Shown here piece by piece: positions 43,559 through 52,280 of a DNA stretch of 64,000 nt (its first letter is position 1; the number at the start of each line of letters is the position of its first letter). The notes beneath the pieces were generated by a model. That model saw nothing but the letters and a program-made list of their open reading frames with translations. It ran no database searches and had not been told where the DNA came from. This stretch comes from Candidatus Bathyarchaeia archaeon (lineage in GTDB: Archaea > Thermoproteota > Bathyarchaeia > Bathyarchaeales > Bathycorpusculaceae), in contig JBEKKK010000005.1 in NCBI GenBank assembly GCA_050010755.1, positions 2,276 through 66,275 on the forward strand, written 5' to 3'. The translations under genes were made by a program, and so were the position numbers.

Positions 43559-44209
43559 ATGCCTGTTCGTTTAGGGAATTTGGCCAAGGTGAGTTGGGTG
43601 TTCGAATTTGGAAGAGTGAGGTTTAGGACTTTCGAACGGGAGGATCTGAAGTTGTTGCACGCGTGGGAGAACGATTCTGAACTGATTATGTTTTCACGGA
43701 GCAGGCCTCTGAATTTTCTCAGTTTGACTCAGCTGGAGAAACAATATGAGGATTGGATGAAAGAGGAGAAAGAACTGCACTTCATCGTCGAGCTCATCGA
43801 CTCAAACGAGGCAATTGGCATTGCACGCCTGAATAGACAAGACGGAGGCAACGTCAAGACAGCTGACATCGGAACCTACATTGGAAAGAAGGATCTCTGG
43901 GGAAAAGGCCTAGGACGAGAAATAACATTAGGGCTGCTCGAGATGGCGTTTAACCAATTCAACGCTGAAAGATGCCAAGCTTGGAGCGTTGAGTACAACC
44001 ACCGCGCGCACAGCACTTTAGAAGCCTGCGGCTTCAAGAAGGTCGGGGCGACAAGACAAACAGTTTTCGTGAACGGCCGCAAATGGGACGGCTATTTCTT
44101 TGACATTCTGAGAGAGGAATACTTGAACACTAGACTGGATCTTCTCAAACGAACACTAGGAGACAAAGCCAAAGATTACATCGAAAAGAATGACAAGATC
44201 CAAGGCTGA
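43559..44209 (+). CDS. GNAT N-acetyltransferase (RimJ/RimL-like)
   Basis: VRFRTFEREDLKLLHAWENDSE...IGTYIGKKDLWGKGLGREITLGLLEMAF...HRAHSTLEACGFKKVG. The start is uncertain (TTG 43523 or ATG 43559). Confidence 0.8.
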   Translation: MPVRLGNLAKVSWVFEFGRVRFRTFEREDLKLLHAWENDSELIMFSRSRPLNFLSLTQLEKQYEDWMKEEKELHFIVELIDSNEAIGIARLNRQDGGNVKTADIGTYIGKKDLWGKGLGREITLGLLEMAFNQFNAERCQAWSVEYNHRAHSTLEACGFKKVGATRQTVFVNGRKWDGYFFDILREEYLNTRLDLLKRTLGDKAKDYIEKNDKIQG

Positions 44210-44291
44210 CTTGAAAGACTTTAAGCCCATTTGGGCACGTTTCAATCACCATTGAAAGCATATTCCAAAAAGGCCCTACGCCGACCACTCC

Positions 44292-44801
44292 ATGTCCAGA
44301 AAACGTAATAAGACAGGGAAGAGCCCATTGAGTGGGGTGTTCTCTCAAATGAGTAATGAAGCTGTTTGTCTGGAAAGAAAACTTGTCATCCCAGGCGCCA
44401 CAGTCGAGGATGTCGCTTTGGCCTGCCAAAAGGCCTTCAAGGAAATGGGGTTAAGGGTGACGAAAACTGAAAGAACCAAAGAGGGAAGCACAACAGAACT
44501 CGCCGTAGAAGGCGCGCTCGTGCCCCTGACGTTGAGAACACTGCTCTTCCCGTTCAGCATACAACAGTACGTCAAAGCTGCACAACGATCAGGCGTACAT
44601 GTCGTGATTTCGCCGTCGGAAGAAGGTACCATTGTTTACTCCTGCGGCCTCGCACTGGACGAAATAACAGGAAAACCCGCCAAAAGCTTCCCAGAAGAGG
44701 ACATGGATGAAATAACTAACATGATGGAAGCCATCGACTTTGAAAACAAATTCGTAAAAAAAATAAAGGAGCAGTTCCCCAAAACCAGAGAAACAGAATA
44801 A
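44292..44801 (+). CDS. Hypothetical protein
   Basis: 169-aa ORF. I recognise no motif. Confidence 0.5.
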   Translation: MSRKRNKTGKSPLSGVFSQMSNEAVCLERKLVIPGATVEDVALACQKAFKEMGLRVTKTERTKEGSTTELAVEGALVPLTLRTLLFPFSIQQYVKAAQRSGVHVVISPSEEGTIVYSCGLALDEITGKPAKSFPEEDMDEITNMMEAIDFENKFVKKIKEQFPKTRETE

Positions 44802-44946
44802 CAACAATCGAAGTTGCGGACATGCCGTTTTCGAAGGCTTGGGAGAGACTGGATTTTCCTCACAGCGCGCGTTGGATTTTGTCGGTGCAAGGCGCGTTGC
44901 CGATATAAAATCAGTTCAAAGCTAGTATTTGGAGTTCTGTTTCGGA

Positions 44947-45633
44947 ATGACAGGAGCGAAGAGATTCTTTGATGAGTTTGCCGCGGAGTACGAGGCTCAG
45001 AGCAGGTATAGATACCTCTTCTACAGATGGATTATTCAAACAATAATGAGGTAGATAGACGATGGTAAGTGCGAGATTCTCGACTTGGGCGCCGGCACCG
45101 GCGAGTTGTCGCTGAAGCTAGCCCACAAGTTCCCTCAATCCCACATTAAGGGTCTCGATATCTCTGTGTCAATGATAGAAAAAGCAAGAAGGGCAGCTGC
45201 GAAAATGAGGGTAAGTAACGTAGCCTTCATTGTTTCTTCTATGGAAAAGGCGGAAATAGGGAGAATTGATTTTGCAGTCTCTTGCTTAGCTTTTCATCAT
45301 GTAGCTAACAAAGAATTGGTCATATCAAATATCTATCAGGCTCTTGCAGAAGATGGCAAGCTCGTAATAGGCGACTGGTTCAAGCCATGCAAGAATTACA
45401 GGAAAAACGTGCAGGATCTAAGGAGGAGGAATCCTCAAAGGACAAAGGAATTTGACAGAAGCTGGAGACAAGCCTTGGAAGCAATGAGCAAGGAGTACGG
45501 AGAAAAACATCCAGAAGAATACCCCATATGCCCTCACAGATTAGAAGAGATGATGAGAGACGCTGGGTTCAAGAAGCAGTGCATATTAGAAACACCTCCT
45601 GCAAGTTTCGCTGTTGTTATCGGAAAGAAATAG
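44947..45633 (+). pseudogene. Class I SAM-dependent methyltransferase interrupted by an in-frame TAG (45052-45054)
   Basis: ATG 44947 opens MTGAKRFFDEFAAEYEAQSRYRYLFYRWIIQTIMR. TAG follows, and the same frame continues IDDGKCEILDLGAGTGELSLKLA..., which is motif I. The frame was checked codon by codon. The track ORF (45085) begins inside motif I, so the upstream part belongs to the gene. Confidence 0.75.
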
Positions 45634-45790
45634 GCCCAATGCAGGCAATTCATATAGTACGAGCATCGCGTGCTTAGTTTCGGTCCAAAATCAATGATGT
45701 CAAAGCAAGAAATGTTTACAATTGTTTCTGAAGATGGCAACAGTTATTTATAGCTAATGTATAGGAACAACGTTAGACAAAGGTTTCTGA

Positions 45791-46918
45791 GTGGTAAAAT
45801 GTCTGAAGATAATCAGCAAACGGCTGCGACGAGGCGAGAAAGACTTGTTCTGTCCTAAATGTGGGGCTCAGCTTCCGGATGATGCAGTCTTCTGTATAAA
45901 GTGTGGGACCAGCCTCACTGGTGCCCAGTCAAAGCAGGCTCCTGCCTCGACTGCGCCCGTTGTGGCTCCTATGGAGGCAAAGTCGCTGAAGTGTCCCCAG
46001 TGTGGCGCGCCGATCACGCCCAAGTTTGGGGAGATGGTGATAACCTGCGAGTATTGTGGGAGCGCGGTTACTCTGGGAAACCAGGGTTGGACTAACATAC
46101 AGAAGCAGACGATGCTTCTTTTGAAGGTCGCCAGCGTTGATGAAGTGAACAAGATAATTACGCCGCTGATGGATAGGGGTCTTCTGCACAGACATCTTCA
46201 CGAAGACTCCAAGCAGGAGGAAATGAGCCTCACGTTCGTGCCTTACTGGATTGTGAGCGTCTCGGCCCGCACGAGCATCACCGCCACTGATGAAACCCAG
46301 CAAATTGCCCAAACTGCTACAACGGCCGCGTTGATGGGCGTGATATTCGGCGGGTTGGGTGGCGGTTTCGGCGGAGGAGGAGGGGGAGGTGGGCGAGGAA
46401 GAGGAGGCAGGCGCGCTTTCGAGGGTGGATTTGGAACAGGCGGCCTGTTGACCGGTGTTCTTGGTCTGAAGGGGGTACGGATAATGGCGTTTGGAATGGG
46501 GATGGGGATGGGCAGAGGCGGAATGAGAAAGACCCAGCAGATGGACGCGAACTACAACTTCCCCGTAATTGCGCTAAAGGCTCTCACGGACTATCAGCCG
46601 CGGGACTACCAATTCGATCTCGAAGGCAGAACGCTGTTTGACATTTCCAAGCTGCCCAAGGACGTTAAAATCCTCAACGGGGACGTCAGCGAAGAGGTTG
46701 CCAAATCCCAGGCAAAGACCCTGGTGGATCAGCTACAGTCACAAAAGGCGCACGCAAAATATCACATGATCCAGTCGATAAACACCGAGTCGGACGTTGG
46801 AGACGTAGAGCTGCTGCATGTTCCGGTATGGTTCGCAAAGTACGACCACAAGGGGAACAAAATCGTGTTGGTAATTGACGCCAACTCTGGCAGAGTGATC
46901 AATAGCCTCGGCCTCTAA
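45791..46918 (+). CDS. Double zinc-ribbon protein with an internal Gly/Arg-rich low-complexity segment
   Basis: The zinc ribbons are FCPKCGAQLPDDAVFCIKCG and LKCPQCGAPI...CEYCGS. The low-complexity segment is GGLGGGFGGGGGGGGRGRGGRR...GMGMGMGRGGMRK. The function is unknown and the start (GTG) is uncertain. Confidence 0.65.
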   Translation: MVKCLKIISKRLRRGEKDLFCPKCGAQLPDDAVFCIKCGTSLTGAQSKQAPASTAPVVAPMEAKSLKCPQCGAPITPKFGEMVITCEYCGSAVTLGNQGWTNIQKQTMLLLKVASVDEVNKIITPLMDRGLLHRHLHEDSKQEEMSLTFVPYWIVSVSARTSITATDETQQIAQTATTAALMGVIFGGLGGGFGGGGGGGGRGRGGRRAFEGGFGTGGLLTGVLGLKGVRIMAFGMGMGMGRGGMRKTQQMDANYNFPVIALKALTDYQPRDYQFDLEGRTLFDISKLPKDVKILNGDVSEEVAKSQAKTLVDQLQSQKAHAKYHMIQSINTESDVGDVELLHVPVWFAKYDHKGNKIVLVIDANSGRVINSLGL

Positions 46919-46960
46919 GAGCGGCAATGCCCTTTCAAGCTTGCGCGCGCGCTTGGATAA

Positions 46961-48211
46961 CTATTTCTGCACAATTTTCCCGTTTATTCTCTTCTTTCTT
47001 GTTGCAATTACTGCAACGGCACATGCCACAGCGGCAAGTAATGAAAAACCGAGCGATTGGTTGGGAAACTCTGGAATCGGTTGAGAAATCGCGCCAAAGG
47101 CGTATACGTTGTAGTCCTCTGAGCCGACGTAGACCACGCCGTTGGCAACAGCAGGAGAAGAATCTACGAGACTGCCGGTCCCGTAAGTCCATATTGTGCT
47201 GCTTGTCGTAGCGTTCAAAGCGTACACGTTGCTGTCGTCTGAGCCGACGTAGACCACACCGTCAGCAACGGCAGGAGAAGACTCCACCTCATCACCAGTG
47301 GCGTAACTCCATATTTTGCTGCCGCTTGTGGCGTTCAAAGCGTACACGTTATCGTCCTCTGAGCCAACATAAACCACACCGTTTGCAACCGCGGGAGACG
47401 AAACCACAGAATAACCCGTGCCGAAGCTCCATACTCTGTTGCCAGTTCCGGCGTCCAAAGCGTACACGTAGTGGTCCTCTGAGCCAATGTAAACCACGCC
47501 GTTGACGACCGCAGGGGAAGAATCCACTTGATCGAGGGTTCCATAACTCCATATTTCGCTGCCAGTTGCAGCGTTCAAAGTGTACACGTAGTCGTCCTCT
47601 GAGCCAACGTAGACCACGCCGTTTACAACCGCGGGAGACGAAACTACGGCGTTTCCTGTGCCGTGGCTCCATATTTTGGTGCCAGTTGCTGCGTTCAAAG
47701 CGTATACTTTGTTGTCGTCTGAGCCGATGTAGACCACACCGTTGGCAACAGCAGGAGAAGACTCCACCTCATCACCAGTGGTATAACTCCATATTTTGGT
47801 ACCGTTGGTAGCGTCCAAAGCGTAGACCTTGTGATCCTCTGACCCGATGTAGACTATGCCGTTGGCTACCGCAGGGGAAGAATCCACTTCACCACCCGTC
47901 TTGTAGCTCCAGATGTACGCGCCGGTTGCGGCGTTCAAAGCGTAAACGTAGTGGTCATATGAGCCAACATAAACCACACCGTCCACAACAGCGGGAGAAG
48001 AATAAGCAACATTCCCGAGGGTCTCGTAACTCCACAGGAGCGTGTTTGTTAGTGGCGCCGCTGAAGTGGAGTCGCCTGTGTGATTTAGGTCATGAAGGAA
48101 TGTGGGCCACCAGTCCACGGATGACTGCTGCGCCTTCACTCTTGGTGCGAAAGCTGAAAACAGCGATAAGCACAAAAGCGTTAGAACGATCAGGCTAGAC
48201 GTTCTCTTCAT
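46961..48211 (-). CDS. Secreted eight-bladed PQQ-like beta-propeller protein with a PEF-CTERM-type anchor
   Basis: The signal peptide is MKRTSSLIVLTLLCLSLFSAFAPRVKA, using the internal ATG at 48211. There are eight ~40-aa repeats of the form VYALNAATGxKIWSYxTGxxVxSSPAVANGVVY(I/V)GSxD. The C-terminus is IPEFPNQSLGFSLLAAVACAVAVIATRKKR. Confidence 0.9.
   Translation of the reverse strand: MKRTSSLIVLTLLCLSLFSAFAPRVKAQQSSVDWWPTFLHDLNHTGDSTSAAPLTNTLLWSYETLGNVAYSSPAVVDGVVYVGSYDHYVYALNAATGAYIWSYKTGGEVDSSPAVANGIVYIGSEDHKVYALDATNGTKIWSYTTGDEVESSPAVANGVVYIGSDDNKVYALNAATGTKIWSHGTGNAVVSSPAVVNGVVYVGSEDDYVYTLNAATGSEIWSYGTLDQVDSSPAVVNGVVYIGSEDHYVYALDAGTGNRVWSFGTGYSVVSSPAVANGVVYVGSEDDNVYALNATSGSKIWSYATGDEVESSPAVADGVVYVGSDDSNVYALNATTSSTIWTYGTGSLVDSSPAVANGVVYVGSEDYNVYAFGAISQPIPEFPNQSLGFSLLAAVACAVAVIATRKKRINGKIVQK
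47096..48045 (-). repeat. About eight tandem 120-bp coding repeats (propeller blades)
   Basis: Units of the type gcgtacacgt..gtc.tctgagcc.acgtagaccac.ccgt...aac.gc.gg.ga.ga... recur every 120 bp. Confidence 0.85.
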
Positions 48212-48502
48212 TTTCGTCCATCTCCAAGAAATTAGCACTCGACTTACATCAAGATAAGCTTTTAAAATTTTCCATTCAGAAAAGCGCGGGTGCTGTGAAA
48301 GAGAAGCGACACTGGGAAACGAAGGCTAGCGAGCGGAGTCAACAAGGTGTAAAGATGGAGCACGTATAAGTGTTAGGGGGAGAGCTGAGCTCATGAAAAA
48401 ACAGATTTCACCTTTATGGTTCTTGAACCATTTTTGAGCCTATTTTGCTTGTTTATCATGTTTAAATAGCAATTCTCTTATGAATAAAAACTTGGGAGGA
48501 AC

Positions 48503-49057
48503 ATGGCAGGGCTGGCGGATGAAATAAGGGGTTTCTTGGCGAATGTCAGGTATGCCTGGCGGGAGAGGAAGACCCCTTACGTGGATAACGTGGCGCTTAA
48601 GAAGCGGTACTTGGAGAGCAGGGAGCTCTATCATCAAAAGGTGAACAGTGCGCTCGTGCACAGTTCAGGGAATTTGGTTGAAGCTTTTGACGAACTGGCC
48701 AGTGCTGTTGATTATAGTGACACTTCGAACCTGTGGCAGAGAAAAGCCAGTTTGGCCAAGAGTGTGAACGATAACAGGGACGATCTTAGGGGAGCCCTCT
48801 TAGGGATGATTAGCGGGTATTCTACGTCTGTTGGGGGATTAATTCCCCTTGTCGCTGAAGCATACGCAGACGGTTTGGATTCGTTTTACAATTTCTTTTT
48901 CTGGGCTTTCCTCGCCATCTTCGCGTTTGGAATATACACTGGAACTTTCAACCAGAACAGATTAAGAAGGCTTGTCAAGGAACACAGGGACTATACAGGA
49001 GAATTCGAAGAAATCACAGATTTGCTCAACAAGAAAAAAGACATGGGAACTCGCTGA
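48503..49057 (+). CDS. Hypothetical membrane protein
   Basis: 184-aa ORF with two hydrophobic segments near the C-terminus (GGLIPLVAEAYA and FFFWAFLAIFAFGIYTG). Confidence 0.5.
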   Translation: MAGLADEIRGFLANVRYAWRERKTPYVDNVALKKRYLESRELYHQKVNSALVHSSGNLVEAFDELASAVDYSDTSNLWQRKASLAKSVNDNRDDLRGALLGMISGYSTSVGGLIPLVAEAYADGLDSFYNFFFWAFLAIFAFGIYTGTFNQNRLRRLVKEHRDYTGEFEEITDLLNKKKDMGTR

Positions 49058-49250
49058 TTGCCGGCGCGTGTAAGATATACACTTCGCGAGGCGCATCACG
49101 AAAAAGGCCCTTTCTCTCACAAGCGTCCCGATCTTGAAGAGATCCTGACTTGAGGCATCCAGATGAAGTACGGCCGGGGGAGTATCATGACCGGGGAACA
49201 GATGTCCACCCCCAAAAGACAAATAAGCGAAGATGATGCGGCGTTAAGTC

Positions 49251-49946
49251 ATGCCGAAGCGAAGATTTCAATCAAATAGCACCGAGTTCACGGAGCGAGA
49301 GGTGCTGGAACTGGCGAAACGAGCGTATGAGAAGAACCCCGTTTTTGATATCAAACCGGAGAAATGCGCTTTGCTGGTTATTGACATGCAGGATGAATTC
49401 GTGAAGCCTCATTGGACGCCTTTCTGGGTTCCTGAGGCAACTCGTCAAGTGCCACGCATAAAGCGTCTGTTGGAGTTCTGCAGGAAACAGGGGATTTCAG
49501 TTATTTTCACTGTTTTTGCGAGGACCCACAATTATTTTGATCGTCCATTGGCTGGGAAGTTTATGTCTAACCGCTATGGAGAGTTAGGGTCCAAGGATGC
49601 GTCCTGGTTTAGGGACGGGAACGTATGGCATGAAGTCGTCCCTTTGGAAGGGGAGATTGTGATTCAAAAGCCATCGTACGGTGCCTTCTATGACACTCCG
49701 TTGGAGACAATCCTTAGGACCCTGGAGAAGGACACGGTCATCATTTGCGGCACACTGACGAATTTCTGTTGTGGCACAACCGCCAGACAAGCTTACGAGA
49801 GAGGATTCAAAGTTGTAATCGGGAGCGACGTTACTTCCACCGACGATCCAGCTCTTCACGAAGCAGAGCTGAAGACTCTGAGAAAAGGATTCGCAATGGT
49901 CTTATCCGCAGATGAGATTACAAAGAGAATAAGCGCGGTGACATAA
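49251..49946 (+). CDS. Isochorismatase-family cysteine hydrolase
   Basis: The motifs are CALLVIDMQDEFV and VIICGTLTNFCCGTTARQAYERGFKVVIGSD, matching the Asp/Lys/Cys triad contexts. Confidence 0.8.
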   Translation: MPKRRFQSNSTEFTEREVLELAKRAYEKNPVFDIKPEKCALLVIDMQDEFVKPHWTPFWVPEATRQVPRIKRLLEFCRKQGISVIFTVFARTHNYFDRPLAGKFMSNRYGELGSKDASWFRDGNVWHEVVPLEGEIVIQKPSYGAFYDTPLETILRTLEKDTVIICGTLTNFCCGTTARQAYERGFKVVIGSDVTSTDDPALHEAELKTLRKGFAMVLSADEITKRISAVT

Positions 49947-50134
49947 TCAACCAAAATCTTTGCTGATGTAGCGTTCATTAATTCTCCAGGCAATCATCAA
50001 TTCGAGAGTTTGCGCGGGCTAACCCAAAAAGGTGATTCACAACCGTCATCGAAAGAACGCAAAATCCTTAAGAGGCCTTGATTGGGTAACTATTTCTCTG
50101 TTTCGGTTATTGATGATCCGAAGGTTGGTCTCAG

Positions 50135-50761
50135 GTGAAGGACAAACGTGGGTTTGACTTTCTCAGAACTTTGGCTTTGAGTCTGGGGGCTTCAGAGGCA
50201 AGGGTGATTTCTGCAGAGGAAATAGTTGTTGAAAACAGGGTTGTTCTAAAATGCAGGGTTGGATGCGACGATTACGGAAAGAAGCTGACCTGTCCGCCGT
50301 ACACTCCGAAGGTTGACGAGTTTCGAAAAATGCTGAGAGACTATAAATATGCTTTGATTGTCAAGTTCAAGTCTCCGGCCGAGGCTGACAGGGACGTTTC
50401 AAGAAGCCTTCTGAGAAGCCAATATGACCCCACCCTGAGTAAGAACTTGCGAGAAAAATCATCAAAATTCTGGCTTGACTGGAAGAACGATAAGAAGAGA
50501 ATCCTTCTGGCCGTTCTTGAACTTGAGAAAGCTGCTTTCAACAAAGGTTACACGTTTGCAGTTGGATTTACTTCAGGTTCGTGCGGTTTATGCGAGAAAT
50601 GCAACGTGGAAGCTGGAATCTGTCTTCATCCGACGATGGCCCGCTGTCCAGAACACGCAGTTGGAGTGAACATGAAGAAGACAGCTGAAAAAGCCGGTAT
50701 GCCAATAACCTTTCCAATCAAGGGAAAACCCGAACCCACAGCACTGCTATTGATAGACTAA
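50135..50761 (+). CDS. DUF2284-like predicted metal-binding protein
   Basis: Cys clusters are present: LKCRVGCDDYGKKLTCPPYTP and SGSCGLCEKCNVEAGICLHP. The start codon is GTG. Confidence 0.6.
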   Translation: MKDKRGFDFLRTLALSLGASEARVISAEEIVVENRVVLKCRVGCDDYGKKLTCPPYTPKVDEFRKMLRDYKYALIVKFKSPAEADRDVSRSLLRSQYDPTLSKNLREKSSKFWLDWKNDKKRILLAVLELEKAAFNKGYTFAVGFTSGSCGLCEKCNVEAGICLHPTMARCPEHAVGVNMKKTAEKAGMPITFPIKGKPEPTALLLID

Positions 50762-50831
50762 GCGTTCATTTCGCGCGCGTTGAACCGTTAAATACTTTCT
50801 AGCTCGTATATGGTGAAAGCAGGTGCGATAA

Positions 50832-51053
50832 GTGAAAACAAGAATGACAGTTTTGGCAATAGGCGCAGTATTGATCATCATCTCTCTGATACTCGGGGGA
50901 GTACAGGATATGCATATCGCAAGTGTCTACGGAAGCGTTGAAAACAAGTGGTATTTTTACGGCGCGATCGGAGCGCTATTGCTAATAGGTATCATACTTG
51001 TGGCATGGGGCTTGTTCAAGAAAGAGGCACCGAAAAAGAGCAATCCACCATAG
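50832..51053 (+). CDS. Small two-TM membrane protein
   Basis: 73-aa ORF with two hydrophobic helices. Confidence 0.45.
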   Translation: MKTRMTVLAIGAVLIIISLILGGVQDMHIASVYGSVENKWYFYGAIGALLLIGIILVAWGLFKKEAPKKSNPP

Positions 51054-51194
51054 GCGCGCGGCGGGTCCACAAACGATGGTTAGGTTTAGAAAGGAGAATT
51101 CTCAATAGCATGATCTGAGGGTGGCAAGCTGCTAACAGTTACTCTGCTGAAGGAACACGAAACAGGTAGATGGCAATCAGAAAATTTAGAGACT

Positions 51195-52133
51195 TTGCCT
51201 GAAGAAATTAACAAGAATGAAGTTCTGTGGGTGGACGCACAAGACCCAACCGACTCCGAAGTGAAAGAGCTTGAGAATTATTTTGACATAGACGAACACA
51301 ACCTTCAAGAACTTACCCAAGAAGGCGTGCGCTCAAGAATTGATGAACATGAAGATCGCATGTTCTGCCTTCTTAATTTCCCAAATCAGAAAAGTTTTGT
51401 CTCTGACGGGAAAATGGAACGCCTGACGATGCTCGTTTGTTCAAGATGGATAATAACGCTGCATAAGGGCTACTCAGAACTGACCTGCGCTGTCTACAAC
51501 AAAATAAGCACTCACGGCTATTTCTCGCTTTCACTCGTACCCTCTACGGACATTATGTTGTACATTTTCTTGGATTTGGTCACCAGCGAATATTACCCGG
51601 TTTCAGACTTGGTTTTCGAAAGGATTGAAGCCATGAGTCAAAAAGCTTTGGGGCTTTTCAGAGAAAGACCAAAGCTGGCGACAAGCGATTTTAGAATGCA
51701 AATCTTTGAGATAAGAGAGAGACTGGTGAGCCTTAGGCAGAGTTTGAGCCCGCTTCGCGAGATTATGGGAAGAATAACGAGGGGAGAATTTGCACTGGTG
51801 CACGGAACGAACCTTTCCCGTTTCGGAGACCTCTACGACAGAACAATTCAACTGGTGGAGGTTGTCGACACTCACCGAGAAGACATGAGCAACATCCGAG
51901 ACATATTGGTAAACGTTCAAACTATAAACACTAACAATATAATCAGGGTTCTCACGATAATTTCTGCGATTTTTCTTCCGCTGACTTTGATCGCTGGAAT
52001 CTACGGAACGAACTTCAAAACAGGATTCATCCCGGAAGCAAGCAGTCCTTACGGCTTCTACATTATGATTGCAATTATGGTTGCGGTAGCTGCGACCCTT
52101 GCGATAATCTTCAAACGCAGAGGATGGATATGA
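51195..52133 (+). CDS. corA: CorA-family divalent cation transporter (GTN variant of the GMN motif)
   Basis: The C-terminal helices are LTIISAIFLPLTLIAGIYGTNF and YGFYIMIAIMVAVAATLAIIF. The start is uncertain: the frame is open from 51114 (SEGGKLLTVTLLKEHETGRWQSENLETL...) without an ATG, GTG or TTG before the TTG at 51195. Confidence 0.8.
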   Translation: MPEEINKNEVLWVDAQDPTDSEVKELENYFDIDEHNLQELTQEGVRSRIDEHEDRMFCLLNFPNQKSFVSDGKMERLTMLVCSRWIITLHKGYSELTCAVYNKISTHGYFSLSLVPSTDIMLYIFLDLVTSEYYPVSDLVFERIEAMSQKALGLFRERPKLATSDFRMQIFEIRERLVSLRQSLSPLREIMGRITRGEFALVHGTNLSRFGDLYDRTIQLVEVVDTHREDMSNIRDILVNVQTINTNNIIRVLTIISAIFLPLTLIAGIYGTNFKTGFIPEASSPYGFYIMIAIMVAVAATLAIIFKRRGWI

Positions 52134-52280
52134 AAAACTGCGAGACTCGTTAACCATGACTCTTCTAAAATCGGTTAGAATATTTGGCGCGAGCTGTTTG
52201 TGGCCTCAGGGCAACCCAGAACTTTTTTCTAGAGCAAAACTTCACAAAGGATAATTGCACGGCTGCATGAGACGAACTTC

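Noticed and set aside
44947-45633. Pyrrolysine decoding of the in-frame TAG in the methyltransferase.
   Set aside because: TAG is the apparent terminator of several well-defined genes in this window. There are no pyl genes here, and the host protein is not a methylamine methyltransferase. I kept it as a finding about a disrupted or read-through gene, not as a Pyl claim.
47096-48045. A regular 120-bp tandem repeat array that superficially resembles a repeat/spacer array.
   Set aside because: The whole unit is repeated with no unique spacers and lies in one long ORF. It translates into PQQ-like propeller blades, so it is not a CRISPR array.
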